DNA from: Anaerohalosphaeraceae bacterium
GTDB lineage: Bacteria; Planctomycetota; Phycisphaerae; Sedimentisphaerales; Anaerohalosphaeraceae
Length of the DNA: 47,840 nt
Assembly (NCBI GenBank): GCA_050309605.1
Contig: JBNRMN010000023.1
Span: 1 to 47,840, forward strand
Reading direction: 5' to 3'
Below the pieces are notes generated by a model. That model saw only the letters and a program-made list of their open reading frames with translations, was not told the DNA's origin and did not search any database. The translations under genes were made by a program, and so were the position numbers. Positions 28,442-39,017 of the stretch are shown here, in pieces; within the stretch, counting starts at the first letter, position 1, and each line of letters begins with the position of its first letter.

Positions 28442-29434
28442 ATGATTCAGACGCCGCATTTTGACAAGATGCACGACACCGTACCGCCGTTGCGGCCGCA
28501 GGGGTGGAGCGATTTGGGTGCGCCTTTATATATCAAAATCGCTGTCCTCGGCGGCCTGCTGGTGTGGTTTTTTCATATCGAAATCGCAAAAACCGTGCAG
28601 CGATGGATGTCCGACCCGAGCTGGTCGCACGGCTTTCTGATTCCGCTGTTCAGTTTGTATTTTTTGCACCAAAATCGACACAAAATTTTTGAAATCAAGG
28701 CCAAACCCAGTTGGTTTTTTGGGCTGGGGTCGTTGATTATATTGCTGATCGTGTATTGGCTCAATACGGTTCAGTTCAAGTTTTCCTACGCTGAATCGCT
28801 GATCTTTATCGCCGCAATCGGGGCAACGGTTTTGTTTGTCGGCGGGTGGGCGCTGCTGAAGCTGACCTGGCTGCCGATTGCCTTCCTGTTTTTTGCCGTT
28901 CCCCTGCCGGGTCGATTGTACACGCAGTTGACTTTGCCGCTGCAGGGTCTGGCCGCCCAGGTATCGGCGGTTGTCTTGAATGCCATACCGGAGCTGGAAG
29001 CGACGCTGAGCGGCGTGGTCATCGACGTCCTCTATCGCGGTGTTCCGCTGGAACCCAGTCTCCAGGTGGCCGAGGCGTGCAGCGGGATGCGATTGCTGAT
29101 GGCCTTTGTCGCCCTGGGGGTGGCGATGGCATACCTGCATCAGCGTCCGCTGTGGCAGCGGTTTATTCTGTTGCTCAGCACGGTACCGATAGCGATTTTG
29201 TGCAATGTGATCCGCGTTTTGGTCACGGCACTGATTTATATTTTTTGGGATCCGCAATACGCTCAGGGCATCTACCATGACCTGCTCGGCATCCTGATGC
29301 TGCCGCTGGCGTTTTCTTTTTACGGCGGACTGGCCTGGCTGATGAGCAATCTGTTTGTTGATGACGCCGAACCGTCTGAAGATGTGATTGTGGTGCGCCG
29401 AACCGATAGTAAAATGTCCGGAGAGCGCGTATGA
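28442..29434 (+). CDS. Exosortase (EpsH/Xrt family)
   Basis: WSHGFLIP, catalytic EACSGMR, NVIRV, YHDLLG; multi-pass membrane protein; start uncertain. Confidence 0.92.
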   Translation: MIQTPHFDKMHDTVPPLRPQGWSDLGAPLYIKIAVLGGLLVWFFHIEIAKTVQRWMSDPSWSHGFLIPLFSLYFLHQNRHKIFEIKAKPSWFFGLGSLIILLIVYWLNTVQFKFSYAESLIFIAAIGATVLFVGGWALLKLTWLPIAFLFFAVPLPGRLYTQLTLPLQGLAAQVSAVVLNAIPELEATLSGVVIDVLYRGVPLEPSLQVAEACSGMRLLMAFVALGVAMAYLHQRPLWQRFILLLSTVPIAILCNVIRVLVTALIYIFWDPQYAQGIYHDLLGILMLPLAFSFYGGLAWLMSNLFVDDAEPSEDVIVVRRTDSKMSGERV

Positions 29435-30210
29435 AAACGACTTTGAAACCTTATTTTCAGCCGGCATTTCTGGTGTGTGCCCTGCTGCTGCTGACCGCCG
29501 CGACGACCAAGTCGCTGGTCATTCAGGCACTGGGCTGGCAGTTGGCCAAACACCCGCTGCCCCTGCAAAAGCCGCTGCATGAAATGGATGAAACGGCGCT
29601 TGCGCCGTACATCGTCAGACATAAAGCCAGCATCGACAACCCCGATGTCCTTGCCACATTGGGGACCGAAGACTATCTGCAATGGCTTCTTGTCGATCCG
29701 GACGCCGAGCCGGGCAGCCCGGTGCAATTCTGCTCGGTTTTCGTGACCTACTACACCGGCGATCCGGATCGCGTGCCGCACGTACCGGATGAATGCTACG
29801 TCGGGGGGGGCAATATCCGCAAAGCCGGTTATGTGGATACCGCCCGATTGACACGAGGCGGACAGGACGACCCCCAGATACTCAGTTATCAGCATATCCT
29901 GTTCGGCGGCAGCGACGATTCGACGCTGGGCGGCACGACGGATTTTTATGTGGCTTATCTGTTCCACGCCAATGGTCAATACAGCGGCAGTCGTACCGAG
30001 ACCCGGCGGATTCTGGGGCAGAATTTTTTAAGCAAGTATTCTTATTTTTCCAAGGTGGAGTGGCATTTTTACGGCAATACGCCGTTCGGCCGCGTCTATC
30101 CCGACCGTGAGCAGGTCGTTGAGGCCTCCGAGCAACTGCTCGGCGTGCTGCTGCCGGTACTTGAACGAGACCACTGGCCGGACTGGGATGCGGCCAACGA
30201 AGACAAATGA
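29431..30210 (+). CDS. Exosortase-associated EpsI-family protein
   Basis: N-terminal TM; YYTG...PHVPDECYVGGG; ATGA-coupled to the exosortase. Confidence 0.8.
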   Translation: MKTTLKPYFQPAFLVCALLLLTAATTKSLVIQALGWQLAKHPLPLQKPLHEMDETALAPYIVRHKASIDNPDVLATLGTEDYLQWLLVDPDAEPGSPVQFCSVFVTYYTGDPDRVPHVPDECYVGGGNIRKAGYVDTARLTRGGQDDPQILSYQHILFGGSDDSTLGGTTDFYVAYLFHANGQYSGSRTETRRILGQNFLSKYSYFSKVEWHFYGNTPFGRVYPDREQVVEASEQLLGVLLPVLERDHWPDWDAANEDK

Positions 30211-30315
30211 ACTTGAATTGAATACAGCGAATAAGGGACATGCTCGAACCAGGTGTCGGCGGATTGGCGAGACTGCCGGAATGAGGGTTCGGCGCCGTCC
30301 CGGAGAGTTTTACGT

Positions 30316-33300
30316 ATGGCGAAAAAACTGAACAAAAAAGTGGCAGCTATCGGAATTGTCCTGCTTGTGCTGGTCGTCATCGGCGGCGCAGGGCTGGCTG
30401 TTCGTTATTTTTATCACCGCAATCCGGACCTCAATCTTGATCTGGCGCGCCAGGCGCTTGCCGAGGACGACTACCAGCGTGCCGAACGCCTGCTGTCGCG
30501 AGCCTATCGCTTCGGCAAAACCGACGCCTATAAGATCGAGCGTCTTTTCGAACTGGCGGATCTGCATCTGATTCATAATGAACTGCACGAAGCCAACTGG
30601 GACAAAGCGCTGCGCTGCTGGAATACGGTCGTCAATATCGACCCCGGACACCTTGAGGCGCATCGCCGGATTCTGAACTATTTTTATGAGATGGCCGACA
30701 GCGGAACGGTAGCGGCATGGCGAAATGTACACGACCGAGCCACAAAACTGGTTGAGCTGATCGAGCAAACGGGTGAGCCGGTCGATACGGAACTGCAAAT
30801 GGGTCTGGGTCGTTCCGCACTGGCCATAGCCCGGCGCGGCGGCACGGGAACCGCCGAGCGGTCCACCTATCTGAATCAGGCAATTGACATTTTTGAAACC
30901 CTGATACAGCGTGAGCCGACAACCCCTTCTCATTACACTTATCTGGCCGAAGCAATGCAGCTTCAGGGCGAATTAAACGCGCAGATCGGCGTGATGAACG
31001 CTCGCGAAAATGCCCGCCGAGAGGCCGTCAGACGGCTTGACGAGGCCGTGGAAAAGGCCGACAACACGGCCGAGGCCCTGGCCGCACGGTATCTGTTTGA
31101 AATCCAGACCATCGGCAATGACCCGAACCGCGTCGAATCCCTTCGCGCCGAACTGGAAGAGCATGTTCGGACGCTTGAGCCGGATGCGAAGCTGCTGACC
31201 GTGCTGTCGCAGGCGTATGAACTTCCCGGAAAAGCCAATGCCGAGGCGGAACTGAATCGCTCCATTGAAGCGGCGCGACAGGCCAAACAACTGGAGCCGG
31301 ACGAATTTGAATACGCCTATCGTTTGGCGATGCTGTTGTACCGCAAAGGGTCGGCGTTTCAAGACGCCGCCGCTATGGACGATGCGCTGATGCTGGCCGA
31401 AGAAATGAAATCCATGGCTCAAGCGCAGCCGACGCCCGGGCCCCGCCAGGCGCGCAATCTGGCGTACCGCAATACACTGAATACTTTTTTGGCCCGATGC
31501 TACCTTGAAAAAGCGTTGGACCACCCCGATGACGCCCAGCCGTGGATCCGCAAGGCCGAACCTGTGGTCGAGCAAATCTCACAGTATTTCGGCAGCAGCG
31601 AACATGCGGCCGTACAGCAATGGGAAGGCATCCTGGCGCTGGCCAAAGGCGAACGGGATCGCGGCATTCGACTGCTTTACCGTGCTTACGAGCAATCCAA
31701 GGCTCTCGATTCGGCAAATCAGCCGTCATCGATTGATCCGGTGCTGTGTGTGGTTCTGGCCCGTGTGGCCAAAGAGGAAAACCTCATCGGCCTGCAGCGC
31801 GAATTTCTTGAAAAAGCGTTGACCAACCGTGTTCGCATCGTGCTGGATAAACCGTCTCTGATTCTTGATTACGCCGACATTATGACGCGCTTGCAGGCGT
31901 GGAACCAGGCCGTTTCTTATGCCGGAATCTATCAGCAGCGGTATGGGCCGACCCCGCGCAGCCAGAAGATTATCACGGAGGCCGCACTGGCGCTCGGTGA
32001 TGAAACGCATCTCACACAGGCCGTCGCGGCCCTGGATGAGGGAAGCGTCGAACAAAAGCTGTTGGAATTGCGATTCATCGGATCTCGGATCACGCAGATC
32101 TCGCGGCGTTTTGCGCAACGCCAGCAGGAGCAGGATCAGCCGCCGCAGATGCCCGATGACGTCCGTCAAGAGCTGGCCGATTACCGTGTCCGTCAAAAGC
32201 AGATTCTGCTTGATTTAGTTGAGGCAGCCCCTGACCAAATCGAGGCCTCGCAGCTGCAGTCGGTCTGCGGTTATTTTCTTCAGAACGAAATGACGGCAGA
32301 GGCCGTTGAGCTTCTGGACGCTTACCTGGACCGGCGTCCCGACGCGCTGACGTTGCAGATTCTTCGCCGTCAGGCTGAAGAACCCAATCCGCTGTCGATT
32401 CCTCGTCAGCGGTATGAGGCGATCCAGGAAGACGCCGTAGCCGGTCTGAGCGATCCGGTCCAGCGGGCCACGGCCATGGCCGATCTGCTTCGGTCGCGCG
32501 GGGCGTACGACCAGGCTTTGGAGATTCTGAGCCAAGCCGCCGAAACAGCTCAAGACAACAGCGAGATCATTGCCGAACAGTTTGAAATCGCCCTTGAAAG
32601 TGAAAACGTCGAAATGGCCGAACAGCTTCTTCGCGTTATTCGCACGCGAAATCTGGACGGCTGTGAAGGCAACCTTGCCGCGGCCCGCCTGGAGCTGATG
32701 AAATCGAATTATTCGCTTGCGCTGCGCCGCGTGGATGAATGCTTGACGATCAAACCGTTGATGAGCATGGGATATTATCTCAAAAGCCGCATCTTCGAAC
32801 AGATGGACGATCTGGACGCCGCCATCGAAAACAGCCGTCAGGCAATGCAGATGGACACACTCAACGGTCTGTACGCCAAACACCACGCCTCGCTGCTGTT
32901 TAACCGAAATGTCGAACTGGGATCGCGTCTGACCGTCGAACAGCAAAACGAACTGATTCAGTCCATTACCACGGCAATGTTCCTGAATCCCAACGACGGG
33001 CAGTTGCAGAGCGTGTATGCCGAGGTGATCAGCAATCAGGCGCCGGATCGCGCGTTGGCGATGCGTCAACAGATTCTGCGGCAGCACCCGAGCGTGGCCA
33101 ACGCCGTGATGCTCGGCAACATGGCGCTGCGGATAGCACAGAGTGAGGACGATGCCATCAAAAAAAGCGGCCTGATCGAACTGGCCGGCAAAGCGTTTAC
33201 GCAGGCGATTGAACTCGATCCGAACAGTGAAAGCGCCAAGGCCGCTTACGCCGATTATCTGAACCGCACTCAACAAAGCGAGAAAGCCGAAGCGCTGTTG

Positions 33301-35046
33301 CGCGACGACAGTCACTTACTGTGGCGATTTTATTTGCAGAACGGGCAGTTTGAAAAGGCCCAGGAGATCCTCCTTCAGCTTCATCAGGACACACCGGACG
33401 ATACGTCTGTCTTGCGGGGGCTGGTTCTGGCCGCGGAAGGCCTCGGTGATCGCACCGTCCAGAAACAATACCTTGATCTGCTGGCCGCCGAAGACAACGA
33501 CAAGGATGAACAATTGTGGCTGATTCAAAAATATCTGGACGGCGGCTTTGCCGAAGAAGGCGGCAGGCTGCTGGCCAGTGTCAAGGAGCGGTACCCCGAC
33601 GAAAAACTAACCATTCTCATGGATGCCTGGCTAAGAATGACAAACGGCCAGCTTCGTGAGGCGCTGACCCTGACCGACCGTTACCTTGACATCGACGGCA
33701 ATAACGCAGGGGCCTGGCGATTGCGCGGACGCCTGTACCGTCTGCTCAACGAGCCGCGCCGGGCCGTGGACGACTTGCAGCGAAGCAAGAGTCTTTCGGC
33801 CAATCCGGCCGTGAGTATGGAACTGGCGGCGGTCTTCAGTGAAATGGGACAGATTGATGCCGCTGTCGGCGAGTTGGTCAACGCCTTGCAGCAGCCGCAG
33901 GCGCCGTTGCAGATTCGTCTGATGCTTGAATTGCTCTATCAGCGAAACAATCGTCTGAACGATCTGGAACGATTTTATACCCGGACGATTGAGCGATACC
34001 CGGATACGCCTTTATGGAGTATGCGCGCCGGTCGGTTCTATTTGTCCAGACAGGATGCCGCCCGCGCAGTCAACTATCTCAAACAAGCCTGGGAGATTCA
34101 TCGCCGGCATGACTCCAGAGATCCGGTCGCTCTGAATCTTTATCTTGAAGCGATGAATCAAAACAAGCAATATACCGAGGTGATCAATACAGCCTCGCAA
34201 TGGGTTGACGGGCCGCTGGCGCCGGTTGCCTATGCGCAGATGGCGCAGGCCCATTTCCATCAGGGACAAATTGACCGGGCCGAGTCGCTGTTTTTCTCGG
34301 CTTTGGACAAAGGAGGCGCCGCCGACTGGTTTCAGGATACGGTTCTGTCCCTTATGCTCAACACCGTCGGCATGGAATCCGCCGTGCGATGGACTCAGCA
34401 GAATCCCGATGCGCTGCCGAGTCTGCTGCTGAGTTATCGTCTCGCTCAGCTCAATGAACAATTTAACCGCGGCATCGAACTGATCGACCGCTGTCTGGCC
34501 GAGACCTCCCCCGACCAGCCGAATTGGGGCAATCTGTCGCTGAAAAAAGCCAATCTGCTGGTTCAGGCCTATATGAAAACGGCGGATGCGGATTATATGA
34601 ATCGCGCGATTGAACTATTCGGGCAGGTTCTGGGGCATTATCCGGAAAATCCTTCAATACTGAACAATCTGGCGTATCTGCTGGCGGTCAATGACCAGCA
34701 GCTCGAACTGGCCATGCAATATGCACGCCGCGCTCACCAGCGCGATCCGGGCAATCCTGTTTATCTGGACACATACGCTTATACGCAGTATAAAAACGGG
34801 CGCTCCGAATCGGCCCGGGAAAATCTGCTGCGGGCGCTGCAGCTTTACGAAGCAAGCCGAGAGCCTGTACCGTGGGATGTGTATAATCATCTTGGGCTGG
34901 TGCATGAATCGCTCGGCGAGACAGCGCAGGCGATTGATAATTTTCGCAAGGCACTGGAGACGGCCTCGGACGTGCCGGAAAAAGAACGAAAACGGATTGA
35001 AGAACGAATCGATATACTCAAACAGCAGGCAAATACGTCAATTTAG
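30316..35046 (+). CDS. Giant membrane-anchored tetratricopeptide-repeat protein
   Basis: N-terminal TM AIGIVLLVLVVIGGAGLAV; many TPR units; C-terminal LNNLAYLLA...YLDTYAY...YNHLG. Confidence 0.9.
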   Translation: MAKKLNKKVAAIGIVLLVLVVIGGAGLAVRYFYHRNPDLNLDLARQALAEDDYQRAERLLSRAYRFGKTDAYKIERLFELADLHLIHNELHEANWDKALRCWNTVVNIDPGHLEAHRRILNYFYEMADSGTVAAWRNVHDRATKLVELIEQTGEPVDTELQMGLGRSALAIARRGGTGTAERSTYLNQAIDIFETLIQREPTTPSHYTYLAEAMQLQGELNAQIGVMNARENARREAVRRLDEAVEKADNTAEALAARYLFEIQTIGNDPNRVESLRAELEEHVRTLEPDAKLLTVLSQAYELPGKANAEAELNRSIEAARQAKQLEPDEFEYAYRLAMLLYRKGSAFQDAAAMDDALMLAEEMKSMAQAQPTPGPRQARNLAYRNTLNTFLARCYLEKALDHPDDAQPWIRKAEPVVEQISQYFGSSEHAAVQQWEGILALAKGERDRGIRLLYRAYEQSKALDSANQPSSIDPVLCVVLARVAKEENLIGLQREFLEKALTNRVRIVLDKPSLILDYADIMTRLQAWNQAVSYAGIYQQRYGPTPRSQKIITEAALALGDETHLTQAVAALDEGSVEQKLLELRFIGSRITQISRRFAQRQQEQDQPPQMPDDVRQELADYRVRQKQILLDLVEAAPDQIEASQLQSVCGYFLQNEMTAEAVELLDAYLDRRPDALTLQILRRQAEEPNPLSIPRQRYEAIQEDAVAGLSDPVQRATAMADLLRSRGAYDQALEILSQAAETAQDNSEIIAEQFEIALESENVEMAEQLLRVIRTRNLDGCEGNLAAARLELMKSNYSLALRRVDECLTIKPLMSMGYYLKSRIFEQMDDLDAAIENSRQAMQMDTLNGLYAKHHASLLFNRNVELGSRLTVEQQNELIQSITTAMFLNPNDGQLQSVYAEVISNQAPDRALAMRQQILRQHPSVANAVMLGNMALRIAQSEDDAIKKSGLIELAGKAFTQAIELDPNSESAKAAYADYLNRTQQSEKAEALLRDDSHLLWRFYLQNGQFEKAQEILLQLHQDTPDDTSVLRGLVLAAEGLGDRTVQKQYLDLLAAEDNDKDEQLWLIQKYLDGGFAEEGGRLLASVKERYPDEKLTILMDAWLRMTNGQLREALTLTDRYLDIDGNNAGAWRLRGRLYRLLNEPRRAVDDLQRSKSLSANPAVSMELAAVFSEMGQIDAAVGELVNALQQPQAPLQIRLMLELLYQRNNRLNDLERFYTRTIERYPDTPLWSMRAGRFYLSRQDAARAVNYLKQAWEIHRRHDSRDPVALNLYLEAMNQNKQYTEVINTASQWVDGPLAPVAYAQMAQAHFHQGQIDRAESLFFSALDKGGAADWFQDTVLSLMLNTVGMESAVRWTQQNPDALPSLLLSYRLAQLNEQFNRGIELIDRCLAETSPDQPNWGNLSLKKANLLVQAYMKTADADYMNRAIELFGQVLGHYPENPSILNNLAYLLAVNDQQLELAMQYARRAHQRDPGNPVYLDTYAYTQYKNGRSESARENLLRALQLYEASREPVPWDVYNHLGLVHESLGETAQAIDNFRKALETASDVPEKERKRIEERIDILKQQANTSI

Positions 35047-35076
35047 AAATCGTCTGATTGATGAGGAGAACCGCAC

Positions 35077-37371
35077 ATGGATAAGTCAATACAACGTGCC
35101 GTCAATACCACTGTTACGCCGGTCGGTCCGCGCTCCGCGGCGCCGCCTGTGGCCATGATGGGAACCACCGGAACGGCGATGACCCCCAAAGAAGTCATGG
35201 GCATCATTCGGCGACATATCGGAATGATTGTCCTGCTGACGATGCTGGGACTGGTGATCGGCGGAGGCGCGTGGGCTGTGCTTCGCAGGACTATGCCCCG
35301 CTACACCGCCAGGACCCACATCGAAGTGATGCCGCCGATCCAGCAGGATCCGACCCAGATTTCCCCGGTTCAGCCCAACCGCGACATCTACTACCAGTTC
35401 CGCGCAACCAAGGCAGCGCAGATGACGCAGCAGAATATGCTGCAGGAACTGCTGCGCAACGATACCATTCGCAACACCAACTGGTACCGGCAGTTTACCG
35501 AAGCAGACTCCACCGGAGCGAGCGGAGAGGCCGAGGCTGTGCGCAAAGCGCTGCGCAATCTGGAACGCAACTTTCGCGTTACGGCGCCGCGCGATTTGAC
35601 CGTGATCGTCGTATCCATGCGATGCGCCGAGGCGCGCGAAGCCAAGACGATTGTCGATACCGCCGTTCGGCTGTTCCTGACCGAGCAGCGGGAACAGGCC
35701 CGACGCGACATCAGTGCAGAACTGGCTGAACGCAGAAACCAGCGTGATTCCATTCGACGCGCCCTGGACACCATCGAGCAAAGCCTGGAGTCCATTCGCG
35801 CCGGCACCCGATTTGCGCGGCTGAATCTGACCGGTCGGACCAACTTTCGCGACTATATGGACGACAAAATGGCCGATATTGAGCGGCGATTCAGCTTGTA
35901 CGACAGCGAACGCGGACGCCTGGAAAGCATCATTGAAACCCTGCGTAACCGCGCCACCGCGCCGGAATTCGATGAGGTCGTGCGCGAACAAATCGAGCGT
36001 GATCCGATTGCCCGTCAGATGCGCGCCAACATTGCGACCATGGAGCCGATTCTTGAACGCCAGTTGGCTCGTTTCGGCGGAGAGCATCGCGTCGTCAAAG
36101 AAACACGTGCCGCTCTGGAACAAATGCATGCCGACCTGGCATATCGCCAGAATGAGATTGCCGAAATTTTCCGTCAATCGGACTATCGCAATGCACAAGA
36201 CCAGATGACCGCCTTGACCCAGCAGCTTGAAACCGTTACACAACAGCTTCAGGAAGCGCAGAATGAATACAAAGAGATTGACCGCGTTCGCGCCGAATAC
36301 GCGCGTTATGAAATCCAGCGGGAAGAACAGCAGCGTCTGCTTGAAGAAATGAATATGCTCATTGAGAAATTCAACGCTATGTACAGCGACCCGACCATCC
36401 ATAAGATGCGTGCCGCCGGATTGGCGGCCGAGCCTTTGGAAGTCAGCTTCCCCCGATGGCAGCTTTTCTTTCCCGGCGGCCTGATCCTTGGCCTGCTGGC
36501 CGGGCTTGGACTGGCGTTTGCGGTCGAGATGCTCAATGACCTGTTGCGAACACCCAGCGATGTCATGCGTCATGTAAAAATTCCGCTGATGGGCATGGTG
36601 TATCACGCCGACGATGACCGGGATGTAGAAGACGTGGATATGTACCATGTCGTCCGTCAAGCGCCGTATTCCATTACCAGCGAATGTTATCGTCAGCTTC
36701 GCACCAACCTGAAACTGTCCGGCGAAGGCGGGCAGCCGCATAAGACCCTGTTTGTTACCAGCACCGCCGCCGGCGACGGGAAAACCACCGTGGCGGTGAA
36801 TATGGCGGGGTCTTTTCTGTCTGAGGACAATCGCGTACTGCTGATTGACGCCAACTTCCGTCGTCCGATGAGCACTCGTCTTTTCCCGACTTCCGGCGCC
36901 AACGGCTCTTCGGAACAACAAGCCGATTACGGCCTGAGCAATTATCTGATGGGTCAATGTACCGACGAAAAACAAATTATCCGTTCCACCGATATTGGCG
37001 GACTGTTTGTGGTTGACAGCGGCCCGCTGCCGGCCAATCCATCCGAACTGCTGAGCAGCGACCGAATGAAGACCCTGCTGGATCGATGTAAAGATCAGTT
37101 TGATTATGTCATTATCGACGGCCCGGCGATGCTCGTCAGCGACGCCAAAACCCTGGCCGCTCAGGCCGACGGGACCATCGTGGTCTTTAACGCCGCCACC
37201 ACGCATCGTGGTGCGGCGATCCGGATTCTCCGCGAACTGCGCAACGTCAACGCCAACACCGTCGGCACGGTGCTGATGGGCGTTCGCAGCCGCAAAGGAG
37301 GTTATTTCCGCGAAGTCTATCGGTCTTATCAGGATTACCAGCGAGCCGCCATTCAACAACAGCCGGTTTAA
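35077..37371 (+). CDS. Polysaccharide co-polymerase / tyrosine autokinase (Wzc family)
   Basis: Two TMs flanking a coiled coil; ECYRQLRTNL, Walker A AAGDGKTT, LLIDANFRRP, IIDGP, C-terminal Tyr cluster. Confidence 0.93.
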   Translation: MDKSIQRAVNTTVTPVGPRSAAPPVAMMGTTGTAMTPKEVMGIIRRHIGMIVLLTMLGLVIGGGAWAVLRRTMPRYTARTHIEVMPPIQQDPTQISPVQPNRDIYYQFRATKAAQMTQQNMLQELLRNDTIRNTNWYRQFTEADSTGASGEAEAVRKALRNLERNFRVTAPRDLTVIVVSMRCAEAREAKTIVDTAVRLFLTEQREQARRDISAELAERRNQRDSIRRALDTIEQSLESIRAGTRFARLNLTGRTNFRDYMDDKMADIERRFSLYDSERGRLESIIETLRNRATAPEFDEVVREQIERDPIARQMRANIATMEPILERQLARFGGEHRVVKETRAALEQMHADLAYRQNEIAEIFRQSDYRNAQDQMTALTQQLETVTQQLQEAQNEYKEIDRVRAEYARYEIQREEQQRLLEEMNMLIEKFNAMYSDPTIHKMRAAGLAAEPLEVSFPRWQLFFPGGLILGLLAGLGLAFAVEMLNDLLRTPSDVMRHVKIPLMGMVYHADDDRDVEDVDMYHVVRQAPYSITSECYRQLRTNLKLSGEGGQPHKTLFVTSTAAGDGKTTVAVNMAGSFLSEDNRVLLIDANFRRPMSTRLFPTSGANGSSEQQADYGLSNYLMGQCTDEKQIIRSTDIGGLFVVDSGPLPANPSELLSSDRMKTLLDRCKDQFDYVIIDGPAMLVSDAKTLAAQADGTIVVFNAATTHRGAAIRILRELRNVNANTVGTVLMGVRSRKGGYFREVYRSYQDYQRAAIQQQPV

Positions 37372-37416
37372 GTCTGCCTGGACTGCGCTGACTCAACTTG
37401 AAAATGGAACAACGCT

Positions 37417-38358
37417 ATGACAGATAAATTTCTGGTCACCGGCGGCGCGGGGTTTATCGGCTCCAATATCTGCCGTCGGCTTGTGGCTGAAGGGTGTTAT
37501 GTTCGCGTGATTGACAACCTGCTGACGGGTAAAAAGAGCAATCTGGCGGACATTGCGGACAAGATTGACTTTATCGAAGCGGATATGGGCGATGAAACCG
37601 TCGCTCGCGCCGCAATGAAGGACATTGACGTCGTTCTGCATCAAGGCGCCGTGCCGTCGGTGCCGCGAAGCGTGGACGATCCGGCCACCACCCATCAGCA
37701 TTGCGTCAATGCCACCTTTACGCTGCTGCTGGCCGCACGCGACAACAACGTCAAGCGATTTGTGTATGCCGCCAGTTCTTCGGCCTACGGCGACAGCCCG
37801 ACCATGCCGAAAACTGAAACGATGCCGACGAATCCGAAATCACCGTATGCCGCGGCGAAATTATTCGGTGAATACTATTGCAGTGTATTTTCACAAGTTT
37901 ATGGGCTGGATACCGTCGCGCTGCGGTATTTCAATGTGTTTGGCCCCTATCAAGATCCGACCAGTCAATACGCCGCCGCCATTCCGGCCTTTGTCACCGC
38001 GATCTTGCGCAATCAGTCGCCGACTATTTACGGCGACGGCGAACAAAGCCGGGACTTTACGTATATTGACAACGTTGTCCAAGCCAATCTGCTGGCTGCC
38101 CGCGCCGACAAAACCAACGGGCAAGTGATCAACATCGCCTGCGGACAAAAAATCACCGTCAACGCCATCATTGACCTGATTAATTCGCTCACCGGAAAAT
38201 CCGTCAAGGCCCGTTATGTTCCCCCGCGGCCGGGGGATGTGAAACATTCGTTGGCCGATATTCAAAAAGCAAAGTCGCTGATCGGGTATGAACCGGTTGT
38301 CCAATTTCAGGAGGGGCTGGAAAAAGCCATTACCTGGTATCGCGATAATTTGATGTAA
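37417..38358 (+). CDS. NAD-dependent nucleotide-sugar epimerase (UDP-GlcNAc/UDP-Glc 4-epimerase-like SDR)
   Basis: VTGGAGFIGS, YAASSSAYG, SPYAAAK, LRYFNVFGP, GDGEQSRDF. Confidence 0.93.
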   Translation: MTDKFLVTGGAGFIGSNICRRLVAEGCYVRVIDNLLTGKKSNLADIADKIDFIEADMGDETVARAAMKDIDVVLHQGAVPSVPRSVDDPATTHQHCVNATFTLLLAARDNNVKRFVYAASSSAYGDSPTMPKTETMPTNPKSPYAAAKLFGEYYCSVFSQVYGLDTVALRYFNVFGPYQDPTSQYAAAIPAFVTAILRNQSPTIYGDGEQSRDFTYIDNVVQANLLAARADKTNGQVINIACGQKITVNAIIDLINSLTGKSVKARYVPPRPGDVKHSLADIQKAKSLIGYEPVVQFQEGLEKAITWYRDNLM

Positions 38359-38513
38359 ACGGTCCGCCCTGCCGCGTATTCCACACAAGTGCGATTAAGC
38401 AGCGGAATCCTGAATAATATGTTATCAGACACGGCTTATCAGACAACCAGGCAATTTGATAAAGTTTTGACTTTTTGACGTCATTAGAGTAGTATCAGGT
38501 TCTTGGAGTACGG

Positions 38514-39017
38514 GTGATGCTGATAGAAACTGGACAGTATAATACAACAATTTACGCGATATTCAGACCCGCCGATGTCGTGCGGGATGTGTTGCGGGAC
38601 TATGCAGCACACAGAGGTTGTCGTCTGACTTGCTTTAGTCACCTGTGGGAGACTGTCAGCCGGATGCCCATCACCTGTCACGATCATACAACGATTATCA
38701 CCGCTCGTCCGGAACGTCTTGCGCCTGAGGGCATCGCGGTTTTGGATGGATTGATTGAAAGCACTAATCTGGTTTTTATCCTTTGGCTTGAGAATGGGCC
38801 GTCTTTGGATACCATAAAAAGACATTTTGGAAAACCAAAACTTTATGTTTCAGGTAGTATTCATCAATTTGATGATATTCTCAAAAATCTTGAAACGTCA
38901 GGCCCCCTTTGTCAAAATGGACTCAAAAAAACCAAAACGGTGCAAAAGCACCCTCCAATTTACACTGTCTCGCTCAGTGATGAAGAACTGAATGCATTGC
39001 GAGGAACCAACAGATGA
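38514..39017 (+). CDS. Hypothetical protein
   Basis: 167-aa ORF coupled by an ATGA overlap to the GGDEF gene. Confidence 0.65.
   Translation: MMLIETGQYNTTIYAIFRPADVVRDVLRDYAAHRGCRLTCFSHLWETVSRMPITCHDHTTIITARPERLAPEGIAVLDGLIESTNLVFILWLENGPSLDTIKRHFGKPKLYVSGSIHQFDDILKNLETSGPLCQNGLKKTKTVQKHPPIYTVSLSDEELNALRGTNR

Noticed and set aside
35086..37359. 757-aa antisense ORF over the Wzc gene
   Set aside because: In-register shadow of a GC-rich coding strand; no motifs
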